Positions 37,987 through 48,300 of a stretch of 64,000 nucleotides of DNA are shown here, piece after piece; position 1 is the stretch's first letter; each line of letters opens with the position of its first letter. The DNA is from Promineifilum sp. (GTDB lineage: Bacteria > Chloroflexota > Anaerolineae > Promineifilales > Promineifilaceae). Under the pieces are notes generated by a model. It did not search any database, was not told the origin of the DNA, and was given only the letters and a program-made list of their open reading frames with translations. Position numbers and translations under genes: made by a program. The stretch spans positions 16,823 to 80,822 of the forward strand of contig JACKBY010000013.1 of assembly GCA_020634335.1 (NCBI GenBank), read 5' to 3'.

Positions 37987-39149
37987 TTGTTTGTCACGCT
38001 CCCGGCTGTGGGTGTTTTCCGGCGTGCGTTGATGGGTTGAACAGTGTCGCGAATGAGGCCACCGCCCAGGCACGTGTCGCCCTCATAGAAAACCGCAGCC
38101 TGGCCTGGCGTTACTCCGGGCACGAGCGTGCTAAAGGCGACGTGGGCCTGATTACCGTCGAGTGGCGTGACCACTGACTGAATCGGCGTGGCCTTGTAGC
38201 GGATCTTGACCTCCGCGCGGGTGGGGCCAGCCGGCGGCCGGCCGCTAATCCAGTTGACGTCGCGCGCGACGAGTTCGCCCGCGCCCAGCGCTTCGCGCGG
38301 GCCGACGATGAGCGCATTGCGAGCCGTATCCTTGCCGAGGACAAACAACGGCTCGGCCGCGGCAATGCCCAAGCCTTTCCGCTGACCAATAGTGTAAAAG
38401 GGCAAGCCCTCGTGACGTCCCAACTCGCGCTCGTTCAGGTCAAGGATGGGGCCGGTGGGGTGGTCTTGGGTGCTGTGGTCGTGAATAAATCGCCGGTAAT
38501 TGCCGTCGTTCAGAAAACAGAGGTCCTGGCTCTCCTGCTTCGACGCGACCGGTAAACCGTGATCGCGCGCCAAATGACGTACTTCGTCCTTGGTGTACTC
38601 GCCAACAGGAAACAGCACGTGGGCTAGCTGGCTCTGCCGGAAGGTGTGGAGGACGTAGGATTGATCCTTGTGGCTGTCCTTGCCCTGTTTCAGAAGATAG
38701 GCTCCGTCTTCTTGCACGACTCGCGCGTAATGGCCGGTCGCCAGAAAATCGGCGTCCAGCGCCAGCGCCCGATCGAGCAGGTAACCGAAGCGTATTTGCC
38801 GGTTACATTCGACACAGGGGTTAGGCGTGCGGCCGGCGTCGTGTTCATCCAGAAAAAACTGGACGATGGTTTGTCGGAAATGCTGTTGCACGTCCGCGAC
38901 GTAAAAGGGGATGCCCAGCTGGTCGGCCACGCGGCGCGCGTCGGCCATTTGGTCGGGGGTGCAGCAGCGGTTGGCGGGCGCGGCCGGGCCGCTACCCGGT
39001 TCGCTCCACAACCGCATCATCATGCCGATGACTTCGTACCCTTGCTCGAGGAGCAAGGCGGCCGCAACTGAACTGTCGACGCCGCCGCTCATGGCGACGA
39101 CCACGCGCTGCCGATTATTGTCGCGTGGATTAATAGATAATTCGTTCAT
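37983..39149 (-). CDS. mnmA: tRNA 2-thiouridine(34) synthase
   Basis: VAMSGGVDSSV, GRTPNPCVECN, ATGHYA, KDQSYVL, ESQDLCF, TPGQAAVFY. Confidence 0.97.
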   Translation of the reverse strand: MNELSINPRDNNRQRVVVAMSGGVDSSVAAALLLEQGYEVIGMMMRLWSEPGSGPAAPANRCCTPDQMADARRVADQLGIPFYVADVQQHFRQTIVQFFLDEHDAGRTPNPCVECNRQIRFGYLLDRALALDADFLATGHYARVVQEDGAYLLKQGKDSHKDQSYVLHTFRQSQLAHVLFPVGEYTKDEVRHLARDHGLPVASKQESQDLCFLNDGNYRRFIHDHSTQDHPTGPILDLNERELGRHEGLPFYTIGQRKGLGIAAAEPLFVLGKDTARNALIVGPREALGAGELVARDVNWISGRPPAGPTRAEVKIRYKATPIQSVVTPLDGNQAHVAFSTLVPGVTPGQAAVFYEGDTCLGGGLIRDTVQPINARRKTPTAGSVTNK

Positions 39150-39153
39150 TAGT

Positions 39154-40356
39154 TCAGGCAACCACTTGATAGCCCGCCTCTAGCGCGGATAATTTCAGAA
39201 CGATTTCGACTATTTTGCCGAGGGTATAATCGATTTCGGCGTCCGTGTTCTGCGCGCCCACCGTCAGGCGTAGGCCACCCGTCGTCCACTCCGGCGACAG
39301 TCCCAGCGCTTGCAAGACAGCCGAGGGCTTGGGGTCGCCGCTGCTACAGGCCGACCCGCTGCCGGCAGCGATCCCGGCCACGTCGAGGTGGATTAACAAA
39401 TCATTGCCGCTAAGGTTGCGGAAGGCGAAGCTCGCGTGGTGGGGCAATCGCTCGGTCGGATGACCTGTTACGATACATTGATCGGGCAAAGCGGCGGGCA
39501 GTTCGGCCAACAGCCTGTCGCGTAATGGAAGAACGTGGGCCAGCCGTTCTTCCCGCTCGGCTGCGGCCAGCCTAAGGGCCTCGGCCGCGCCGATGATTAG
39601 GGGAACATTGAGCGTTCCGGCACGCCGGCCGTTTTCCTGGCTGCCGCCCGTCTGGGACGAAACCAGGTCTACTCCGGAGCGAACCACGAGGATGCCGACG
39701 CCCTTAGGCCCATAGAATTTGTGCGGGGCTATGGTCATCAGATCGACCGGCTCGGCGTTCAGTTGCCATTGACGCGCGGCAACGAGTTGCACGGCGTCGG
39801 TATGGAACAGAACACCGCGCGAGCGCGCCAGCGCGCCGATCTCTGCCCAAGGTTGGACAGAACCGACCTCGTTGTTGGCGGCCATCACACTGATCAGCGC
39901 CGTCTCGGGGCGAATCGCTGCTTCCACATCGCTTATGCGCACGCGGCCGAACCGATCCACCGGCAGGATGGTCAGTTCGTAACCAAAATAATCTCGTAGT
40001 TGGCGGGCAGTCTCCAGCACGGCACTGTGCTCGATGGCGGAGACAATGAGATGCTCGCCGCGTCCGGCGGCCTTCGAGGCGGTCATCGCCCCGCGCAGAG
40101 CAAGATTGTTGCTTTCGGACCCACAACCCGTAAACACAATGGTCTCCGGGTCAGTACCCAGAACCTCGGCCACCGTCCGGCGGGCCTTTTCCACGGCGCG
40201 AGCGGCCTGATAACCGATGCGATGATGCGATGATGGATTGCCGAACTGCTCGGCCCAGAAGGGAGCCATGGCTGCCACGACAGCCGGATGAACTGGCGTT
40301 GTAGCGCTATGATCGAGATAGATAGCATTTTGTCGCATGTTGTTGTCCGCGGTCAT
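39154..40356 (-). CDS. iscS: cysteine desulfurase (IscS/NifS)
   Basis: YLDHSATTP, HTDAVQ, HKFYGPKGVG, GSACSSG; adjacent to mnmA. Confidence 0.93.
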   Translation of the reverse strand: MTADNNMRQNAIYLDHSATTPVHPAVVAAMAPFWAEQFGNPSSHHRIGYQAARAVEKARRTVAEVLGTDPETIVFTGCGSESNNLALRGAMTASKAAGRGEHLIVSAIEHSAVLETARQLRDYFGYELTILPVDRFGRVRISDVEAAIRPETALISVMAANNEVGSVQPWAEIGALARSRGVLFHTDAVQLVAARQWQLNAEPVDLMTIAPHKFYGPKGVGILVVRSGVDLVSSQTGGSQENGRRAGTLNVPLIIGAAEALRLAAAEREERLAHVLPLRDRLLAELPAALPDQCIVTGHPTERLPHHASFAFRNLSGNDLLIHLDVAGIAAGSGSACSSGDPKPSAVLQALGLSPEWTTGGLRLTVGAQNTDAEIDYTLGKIVEIVLKLSALEAGYQVVA

Positions 40357-42482
40357 AGTTGGGCGACCGGAAGGTGAATCGTAAACGTTGAGCCTTTTCC
40401 CAGGGTGCTTTGGACCGCGATGTGTCCATTATAGTTCTTGAGATTCTCTTTTACCATATAGAGGCCGAGGCCGGTTCCGGCTATGCCGCGCTCGACGGCC
40501 GATTGGGCGCGGTAAAAGCGTTTGAACAAATTGTTCATGGCTTCCGGAGGAATGCCGATGCCCTCGTCCGTCACCTCGATGATAACCGTCCCGTTATCCT
40601 GCCAGGCCGCCAACTGGATGCTGCCGGATGGCGTGAACTTGATGGCGTTATCGAGCAAATTTTTCAGGGTCATGTCATAGACCTCGCTATTGCCCATGAC
40701 TGGCGGCAGATCCGTCTCGATTCGTTGCCGGAAGAGCAGCCCCTTCTGGACGGCGCGGTCCACCAGAGGGGGTAATGCTTCGTCGAAAACCGGATTCAGC
40801 CACACGGGTTCCGGGCTACGGCGCATCTCTCGCGCTTCCAGCTTGGCCAGGTCCAGCATTTGCCGGATCATGCGTTGCAGGCGGTCGCTTTCGCGCTCGA
40901 TCACGCCCAGAAAGCGCTCTGACTTTTCCGGATCGCGGGCCTTACCTTCGCGCAGCAGACGGGAATACATTAATATCGTCGCCAGCGGTGTGCGCAGTTC
41001 GTGGACAATGCCCTGGAACAAGTCGTCGCGCATTCGTTCGACTTCGCGAATTTGAGTCAGATCGCTAAATACCAGGATGGCCTCGTTTGCCGCCCTATGC
41101 TCGTTGTCGACCGGCGCGCCGCTGATCAGAATCGGCAATGAGCGCCCCTCCGGCTGCGAAATATCTGCCGCGAGATGGACGTTGGCTTCTGTAGAATCGA
41201 GGATGCGGCCGATGAGGGAATCGATCACTCCCTTTTCGAGGCGCACAAGCTCGCGCAGCGGCGCGCCCACGATCTTGTCAAATTGCCCTGCCATTAGAGT
41301 CGAAAACGCACTATTTGCTTTGGTGATGATGCCCTCACGGTTGACCGTCACCAGGCCTTCGGACATGCTGGAGAAAAGCGTTTCGATGCGCCGTTTTTCG
41401 GCCAGTACGTCGGCATGAAGGTTGGCATTTTCGATGGCGGCTGCCAATGGCCCACCCAGGCCCTGCATCAATTCCAGGTCGTGATTGGTGAACTTGCCGA
41501 ACTGGCGGTTGATGGCCTGGAGCACACCGATAGTGCGATCATCCACTTTCAAGGGAATACATATCATCGATGACGTGCGGAAACCTGAACGCCGGTCGAC
41601 GCCGGAGAAAAAGCGCTGATCCGAATAGGTATTGTTGATGATGACCGGTTCTTGGTGTTCGGCCACCCAGCCCGCGATGCCCTGGCCGCGTGAGAGGCGA
41701 ATGGGTGGCAGGCGTTCGAACTCCGGGCCGAATAATGTACCGACAAAGATGATGTCACCCGTGATAGGCTCGACCAGGCCGATGGAGAGTGTTTCCACAT
41801 TCAGGGTTTGCCGCACGGGGCCCGTGAGCAGTTGGTAAATTTGCTCCACGTTTAGAGTGGAGCTTAGGGCGCGGCTGACGTCGGAAATGACGGCAAACTC
41901 GATGGTGCGACGGTCAACCTCTTGTCGCAAGGCTGCCCTATCCAAAAAGACGAACATCAGATCGACGATCTGTTGAAGAGTGTGGGGCTGCACCGGACGG
42001 GACTCCGATGGATCGATGAGGGCCAGGATAACTGGAGGAAAGGTGTTGTTGGCGCGCGCTGCTTGCGTCAACCCCACGACCATGAGCCGGTTTTTTGTCT
42101 CCAGCCATAGACGGCTGGAGATCACCTCGATAGCTGGCCGCTCCAGCTTGTCGAGGTAAACCGGGTGGGTGTAATCCATAAGGACATCGAAGCCGGCCTC
42201 GTCCTGTGTCCAGCGATGCTGAAATGTGTGGCCGTTTGGATTCGCCAGCCACAAGTCATAGCATTTCGACTCCGTATCGGCTACGGCTATAAGGGTACGG
42301 GCGGCCGTGTAGCGGGCGATGTGGTGTGAAAAGCGAGCGCAGACGAAATGAACATCGAAAACGTCTCGCAAATCATTTACCACATCTTGCCATAGGCCTT
42401 GTATATCGTGGCTTTGTTGTGGCTGCACGTCCACGATCATACCGGCATTTATACTGATCGGCCACCAGGCCGGCAAGGGCAT
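40353..42482 (-). CDS. cytoplasmic GAF-PAS sensor histidine kinase
   Basis: GAF (GQGIAGWVAEH), PAS, HELRTPL, NLLDNAIKFT, DEGIGI, GTGLGL; no TM helix seen. Confidence 0.93.
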   Translation of the reverse strand: MPLPAWWPISINAGMIVDVQPQQSHDIQGLWQDVVNDLRDVFDVHFVCARFSHHIARYTAARTLIAVADTESKCYDLWLANPNGHTFQHRWTQDEAGFDVLMDYTHPVYLDKLERPAIEVISSRLWLETKNRLMVVGLTQAARANNTFPPVILALIDPSESRPVQPHTLQQIVDLMFVFLDRAALRQEVDRRTIEFAVISDVSRALSSTLNVEQIYQLLTGPVRQTLNVETLSIGLVEPITGDIIFVGTLFGPEFERLPPIRLSRGQGIAGWVAEHQEPVIINNTYSDQRFFSGVDRRSGFRTSSMICIPLKVDDRTIGVLQAINRQFGKFTNHDLELMQGLGGPLAAAIENANLHADVLAEKRRIETLFSSMSEGLVTVNREGIITKANSAFSTLMAGQFDKIVGAPLRELVRLEKGVIDSLIGRILDSTEANVHLAADISQPEGRSLPILISGAPVDNEHRAANEAILVFSDLTQIREVERMRDDLFQGIVHELRTPLATILMYSRLLREGKARDPEKSERFLGVIERESDRLQRMIRQMLDLAKLEAREMRRSPEPVWLNPVFDEALPPLVDRAVQKGLLFRQRIETDLPPVMGNSEVYDMTLKNLLDNAIKFTPSGSIQLAAWQDNGTVIIEVTDEGIGIPPEAMNNLFKRFYRAQSAVERGIAGTGLGLYMVKENLKNYNGHIAVQSTLGKGSTFTIHLPVAQL

Positions 42483-42522
42483 CGTTCTCCTCTAATTCAG
42501 TCATGAGTGAGGGCCTGCAAGG

Positions 42523-42551
42523 TTGCGAGAAACAGTCTGATTTTGTATAGT
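42523..42551 (+). promoter_or_regulatory. sigma70-type promoter of eno
   Basis: TTGCGA-N17-TATAGT. Confidence 0.6.
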
Positions 42552-42584
42552 CAGGAGTGCCGCAAACGTATTTCAGCTTTTTAA

Positions 42585-43889
<1,305 letters not shown>

Positions 43890-44003
43890 ATTTGCCCATC
43901 CGACGGGCGCGCCCTAGCCGCATGGGGGATGCGCGCCACCGCCGGTTTTCTTATAATCAATCCGCAAAGGGCCTCTATCTTGGCTCTGAGGAGAATGGAC
44001 GGT

Positions 44004-44663
44004 ATGAGAAATATGACGGAGTTCAGTCCTTTCATGGACGATGATGACGACGACGACTTTCCGGAGGTCGAGCCGATACCGCAGCCGAATGGCAATGAAC
44101 CGGACAAGGACAAGAAAGAAGGGCCGGGGTCAATGGAAGAGCGGCTTCTGAAGAACCGCACCATTCTGATCTACGGCCAGATTGACATGGACGTGGCGAT
44201 GGACGTGACCCGACGTCTTTTGGTCATGGATGCCGAATCACAAGACGAAATCCGCATCTTTATCAATTCACCAGGCGGTCATGTGGAATCGGGCGACACC
44301 ATCTTTGACATGATCCGCTTCGTTAAATCGCCGGTAAAAGTGATTGGCACCGGCTGGGTTGCCAGCGCCGGCGCGCTCATCTACGCAGCGGCCGACGTTG
44401 ATAACCGTTACAGCTTGCCGAACACGCGTTTCCTGTTGCACCAGCCGGCCGGTGGCGCCACTGGTCAGGCGTCGGACATCGCCATCGAGGCCCAGGAGAT
44501 CATCAAGATGCGCCGCCGTCTCAATGAGATTTTTGCCCGCCAGACGGGGCAATCGATTGAGAAGGTCGAGGAAGATACCGACCGCAATTTCTGGATGTCG
44601 GCTTCGCAGGCGAAGGATTATGGCCTCGTGGGCCATATCATCGAATCGACCGCTGAGCTATAG
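44004..44663 (+). CDS. clpP: ATP-dependent Clp protease proteolytic subunit (start 43995/44004/44013 uncertain)
   Basis: FINSPGG, GWVASAGA, LLHQP, TDRNFWMSA. Confidence 0.93.
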   Translation: MRNMTEFSPFMDDDDDDDFPEVEPIPQPNGNEPDKDKKEGPGSMEERLLKNRTILIYGQIDMDVAMDVTRRLLVMDAESQDEIRIFINSPGGHVESGDTIFDMIRFVKSPVKVIGTGWVASAGALIYAAADVDNRYSLPNTRFLLHQPAGGATGQASDIAIEAQEIIKMRRRLNEIFARQTGQSIEKVEEDTDRNFWMSASQAKDYGLVGHIIESTAEL

Positions 44664-44697
44664 ACGGAGCGATTTGATCCTCGGGTAGAATGCAATT

Positions 44698-44724
44698 AAG
44701 GGGCACGCTTCAAGTGCCCCTTTT
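44698..44724 (+). terminator. intrinsic terminator after clpP
   Basis: AAGGGGCAC-GCTTCAA-GTGCCCCTT-TT. Confidence 0.75.
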
Positions 44725-44762
44725 GCTATTGCTCATCGCATGGAATTTCGAATGAGGTCGGG

Positions 44763-45251
44763 ATGAAGCGATTGTTGCTGCTGCGCCATGCCAAGTCGAG
44801 TTGGGGCCAGACGAATTTGTCGGACTACGACCGGCCGCTGAACGACCGTGGCCGACGTGATGCCCCTCGCATCGGGCGGTTGCTCCGGGAGGAAGGGCTT
44901 GTCCCCAATCTGATTGTCGCCTCGTCCGCCAGGCGCGCCACGACAACGGCCGAGCTGGTCGCTGAGGCGGCGTCCTTCGAGGGCGAGTTACGTTACACCG
45001 ATAAACTTTACCTGGCCGAACCGGGAGCTTACATCGCGCTGGCGCGCCGGGTTGACGAAGCAGTCAACACGCTCATGCTGGTCGGACACAATCCTGGTAT
45101 CCAGGAACTTGTCGCCCTTCTAACCGGCCGGGACGAGCGGATGGCGACTGCAACCCTGGCTTGTGTGGCGCTGCCGATCAAGTTGTGGTCGAAGCTGGCC
45201 GCTGATGGTAAGTACGAGTTACAAAACATATGGTGGCCGCGAGAGTTGTAG
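44763..45251 (+). CDS. sixA: SixA-family phosphohistidine phosphatase
   Basis: LLRHAKSSW, DYDRPLNDRG, LVGHNPG. Confidence 0.9.
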   Translation: MKRLLLLRHAKSSWGQTNLSDYDRPLNDRGRRDAPRIGRLLREEGLVPNLIVASSARRATTTAELVAEAASFEGELRYTDKLYLAEPGAYIALARRVDEAVNTLMLVGHNPGIQELVALLTGRDERMATATLACVALPIKLWSKLAADGKYELQNIWWPREL

Positions 45252-45336
45252 CGCTTATTGAGCGAGTATGTCCAGATGGAAAAGGGTTTTGAGCGCGGCC
45301 TGGAGAGTTGGTGGTCTTTTCTAAGTCCTTTATCTG

Positions 45337-48300
45337 TCAACTCTCAAGATGAATGTGCAACTTGCTCAAACTTTTATTTTGGGCCACCCATTGGCCGACC
45401 AGGCCGATCCGCAATTCGTAGAGGGATTTACCCTCCACAGTCACTTCATGCATCACGTCCCGCTCGACTAACAAATTGAGGGCTTGGGTCGCGTCGGCCG
45501 GGTTCAATTCAATGCTGTAGGTCCGCAGATAGTCGATAATTTCCTCCGGATGGAGCGGCTCATTGCGATCCATGAGGTGGGCCGCCGCGGCGAGCACAGC
45601 GCGCTCGGCCAAATTCGACCGTTGCCACAGATAGGCGAAATGGACTTCTCCCAAACGCAGCATCTCATCGAGGGCAACGTTGACGTCGGAGATGGTCACG
45701 TAGCCGGTTTTTTGCAAATTGGCCTGCTTGACCAAGGTATAACAGACCAGTTGCAGGAAATAGGGATGTCCGGCAGTGACGCGCAATATCTTGTCTAGCG
45801 CTAGATCGTCGTAGATCAGGTTAGGCGCGACCGGCTCGCATATGAGTCGTTCGGCCGCCTGGGGGCTGAGAAAGTCGATCTTGCGGTATAGGGCGATATT
45901 GAACAGAACCGACCAGTAGTCGGCACTCATTTCCTCCAGGCGCCGCGTGCCGACGAATACGAATCCCAGACCGCTGCTGTGCTGCATCAGATGCCGCATG
46001 TAGGGGAAAAACGTTCGTGGGAGGATGTCGTCGGCCACCATCGATTCGAACGCCTCGAATTCGTCGAACACCATCAGTAACGTGGCCTCGGGTGGCAGGA
46101 GGCGTCGAGCGGCCGGCAGGAATTCGCGCTGGAAAATGCGCGCCGGATCGGTATTCCAGACATCGATAGGCGGCACCGCCAACTTCAGCCCCCGCGCGCC
46201 TAACGAGTCGGCGATGTGCCAGGCGAATTCCTGAAGCAAGGCCGGCATCCCGGGCGACACGCCCAGAGATTGGCAATCAATGTAAATCGGTATCAGATGC
46301 GGCGGTAGATAGTCCTCGAGACGAAGCAGGAGGGAGGTCTTGCCCGTCCGCCGCTGGCCCACCAGCATGAAGACGTTGCGTTGGCTGTGCGTGCCGGCAT
46401 GTTCGGCGATGAAGTCAAACAGCTCCTCACGACCGTAGAACAGGGGATTATCTTTTCGCAGCGGCGTGCCGGGCAGGTAGGGATTGACGATCGGCGCAAA
46501 CTCCCTAACCGGCGGCAGCAGATGAACCATATCGCCGAACGCCGCGGTTTTGTCCCGCCGATTGCGATCATCGTACGTGAGCGCGAGGCTGATCCTGAAC
46601 CGGTCCTCGGCTTGGGGTTCGATCAGAAATTGTACCTGTCGCGAGTGGCCGGACGGCAAGAACGGTATGACCTGGGGTTCGCTGTGCACCTGGTAAGCGG
46701 GGTTGTCGCTGAGAGCGGCGATGATGTTTTCGGCCGCGGCCCGGCCGGTGTTGCGGATTTCCATCGCCACGTGGGTCTGGCGGCCGTTGGGAGCCAGCCG
46801 CTTGGTTTTCAAGGAGACATCCAACTCGGCACGACCCCGCTGCTCTTCGATTTCGGCCGTCAGCAAACCCGACCAGCGCCGGCCGATGGCCCGCACCAGC
46901 GTCCGCTCGACGCTGGGCGAAAATTCAAACAGCTGATCCTGAATCTGCCTGAGACGGACGGCCGCCTGATTCAGATAGACAAGCCTGTCATCAGCCGCTT
47001 CCACCCGATCGCTATCGCGCATATTGGTCAGCACAGGCAATAGCATGTCCAGAGCGGGGGACCATTCCTTTCGTTCTTCCAAAACCGCCAGCATCTTCAC
47101 GTATTGCGGGCGCACAAGGCCGAGTTCGATGATAGAGGGGGCTTCAAGCATCGTCTGGCACGTGCGATAAATCAGGCGGCGCTGCGACAGATTGCGCCAC
47201 ACGTTTTCGGATGCGGCCAGATCATCCAGCGTGCGAGTGATGATGGGCAGTCCCGCCTGCGGCCTGTTCGCCAGCAAGAATAACCCATCGGAGAGATTCG
47301 CCAGAGCCGGATTGCCGGCGCGGCGAGCTTGATTAGCCAACTGCAGGAGGAAGTCGGGCGAGCCGCCCATCTGCGCATACTGTTGTTCGAGCATGGGTAG
47401 GGTGTTGGCCGGGTCCTGGGTCAGGCGCTTGTAGAATCGACCGGCCTGGGCGGCCGGCGTTTGCGCCTGTCGCCAATAAGCCATGAGGGCGGCGAGGCCC
47501 AGAAAGCCGAGCGAGCCGGCCAGAACCGGCAGCGTCACGTTTCCGGCCACTGGTGTGGCGACTGTTGGGCCCAGGGGAGGAGTCACGTACCCGCGATAAA
47601 AGCCGTCGCTAAACCGCAGGCGATAGTTGATCCGCGTCGTCCCTGCCGGCATGGTGACGCCCGGCCAAAAAAGTTGGCCGTTGCCCGAGACGAGCTGTTG
47701 CTCGGATACTGGCCGCCAGGCGTCAATGACCTGATCATGTACCTCTAGCTGGACGGCGACCGTATCGTTTTCCACATCATTGACCTGGATGCCCACGGAG
47801 AACTGTCCCTGGTCCACCTCGATGACAGGATGGGTAAGCAAAGGCGGGCGATTTTCTTCTTCACGAAAGAGCCGAATCAATCCATTCTGTGTGATGGCCA
47901 ACAGATCAGGCGATTGGCGGGAAGTGCGCTTGAGAAGCGCCAGGTCAAAGATGCTGCTGGCTAGGGGCAACTGTAGTACCAGACGAGGGTCGCGTGTCTG
48001 GAGCTGCTCATACAACCAAACGTCGCCTTCGCGGGTGCCGAATGCGCCGGTGTCCGGACGACCATCCTTGTCGAGATCGTCCCAACTCATGGCCTGCACG
48101 TCTCCCAAGTCATCCAACGACCACGTGACGGCCGGCTGGTTATCGGTGACCACGATCTGTTTAAGCTGAGCATCGGTGGTGGCTAATAAAAAGGCGGTCG
48201 CGTTTTCCTGGAACGCCTCAACCGCGCCCACGTCAGATGGTTCCACTACCACCGGCTGCTCGCCCACTGGATACGGCCACGTCCATTGGGACATTTCGAT

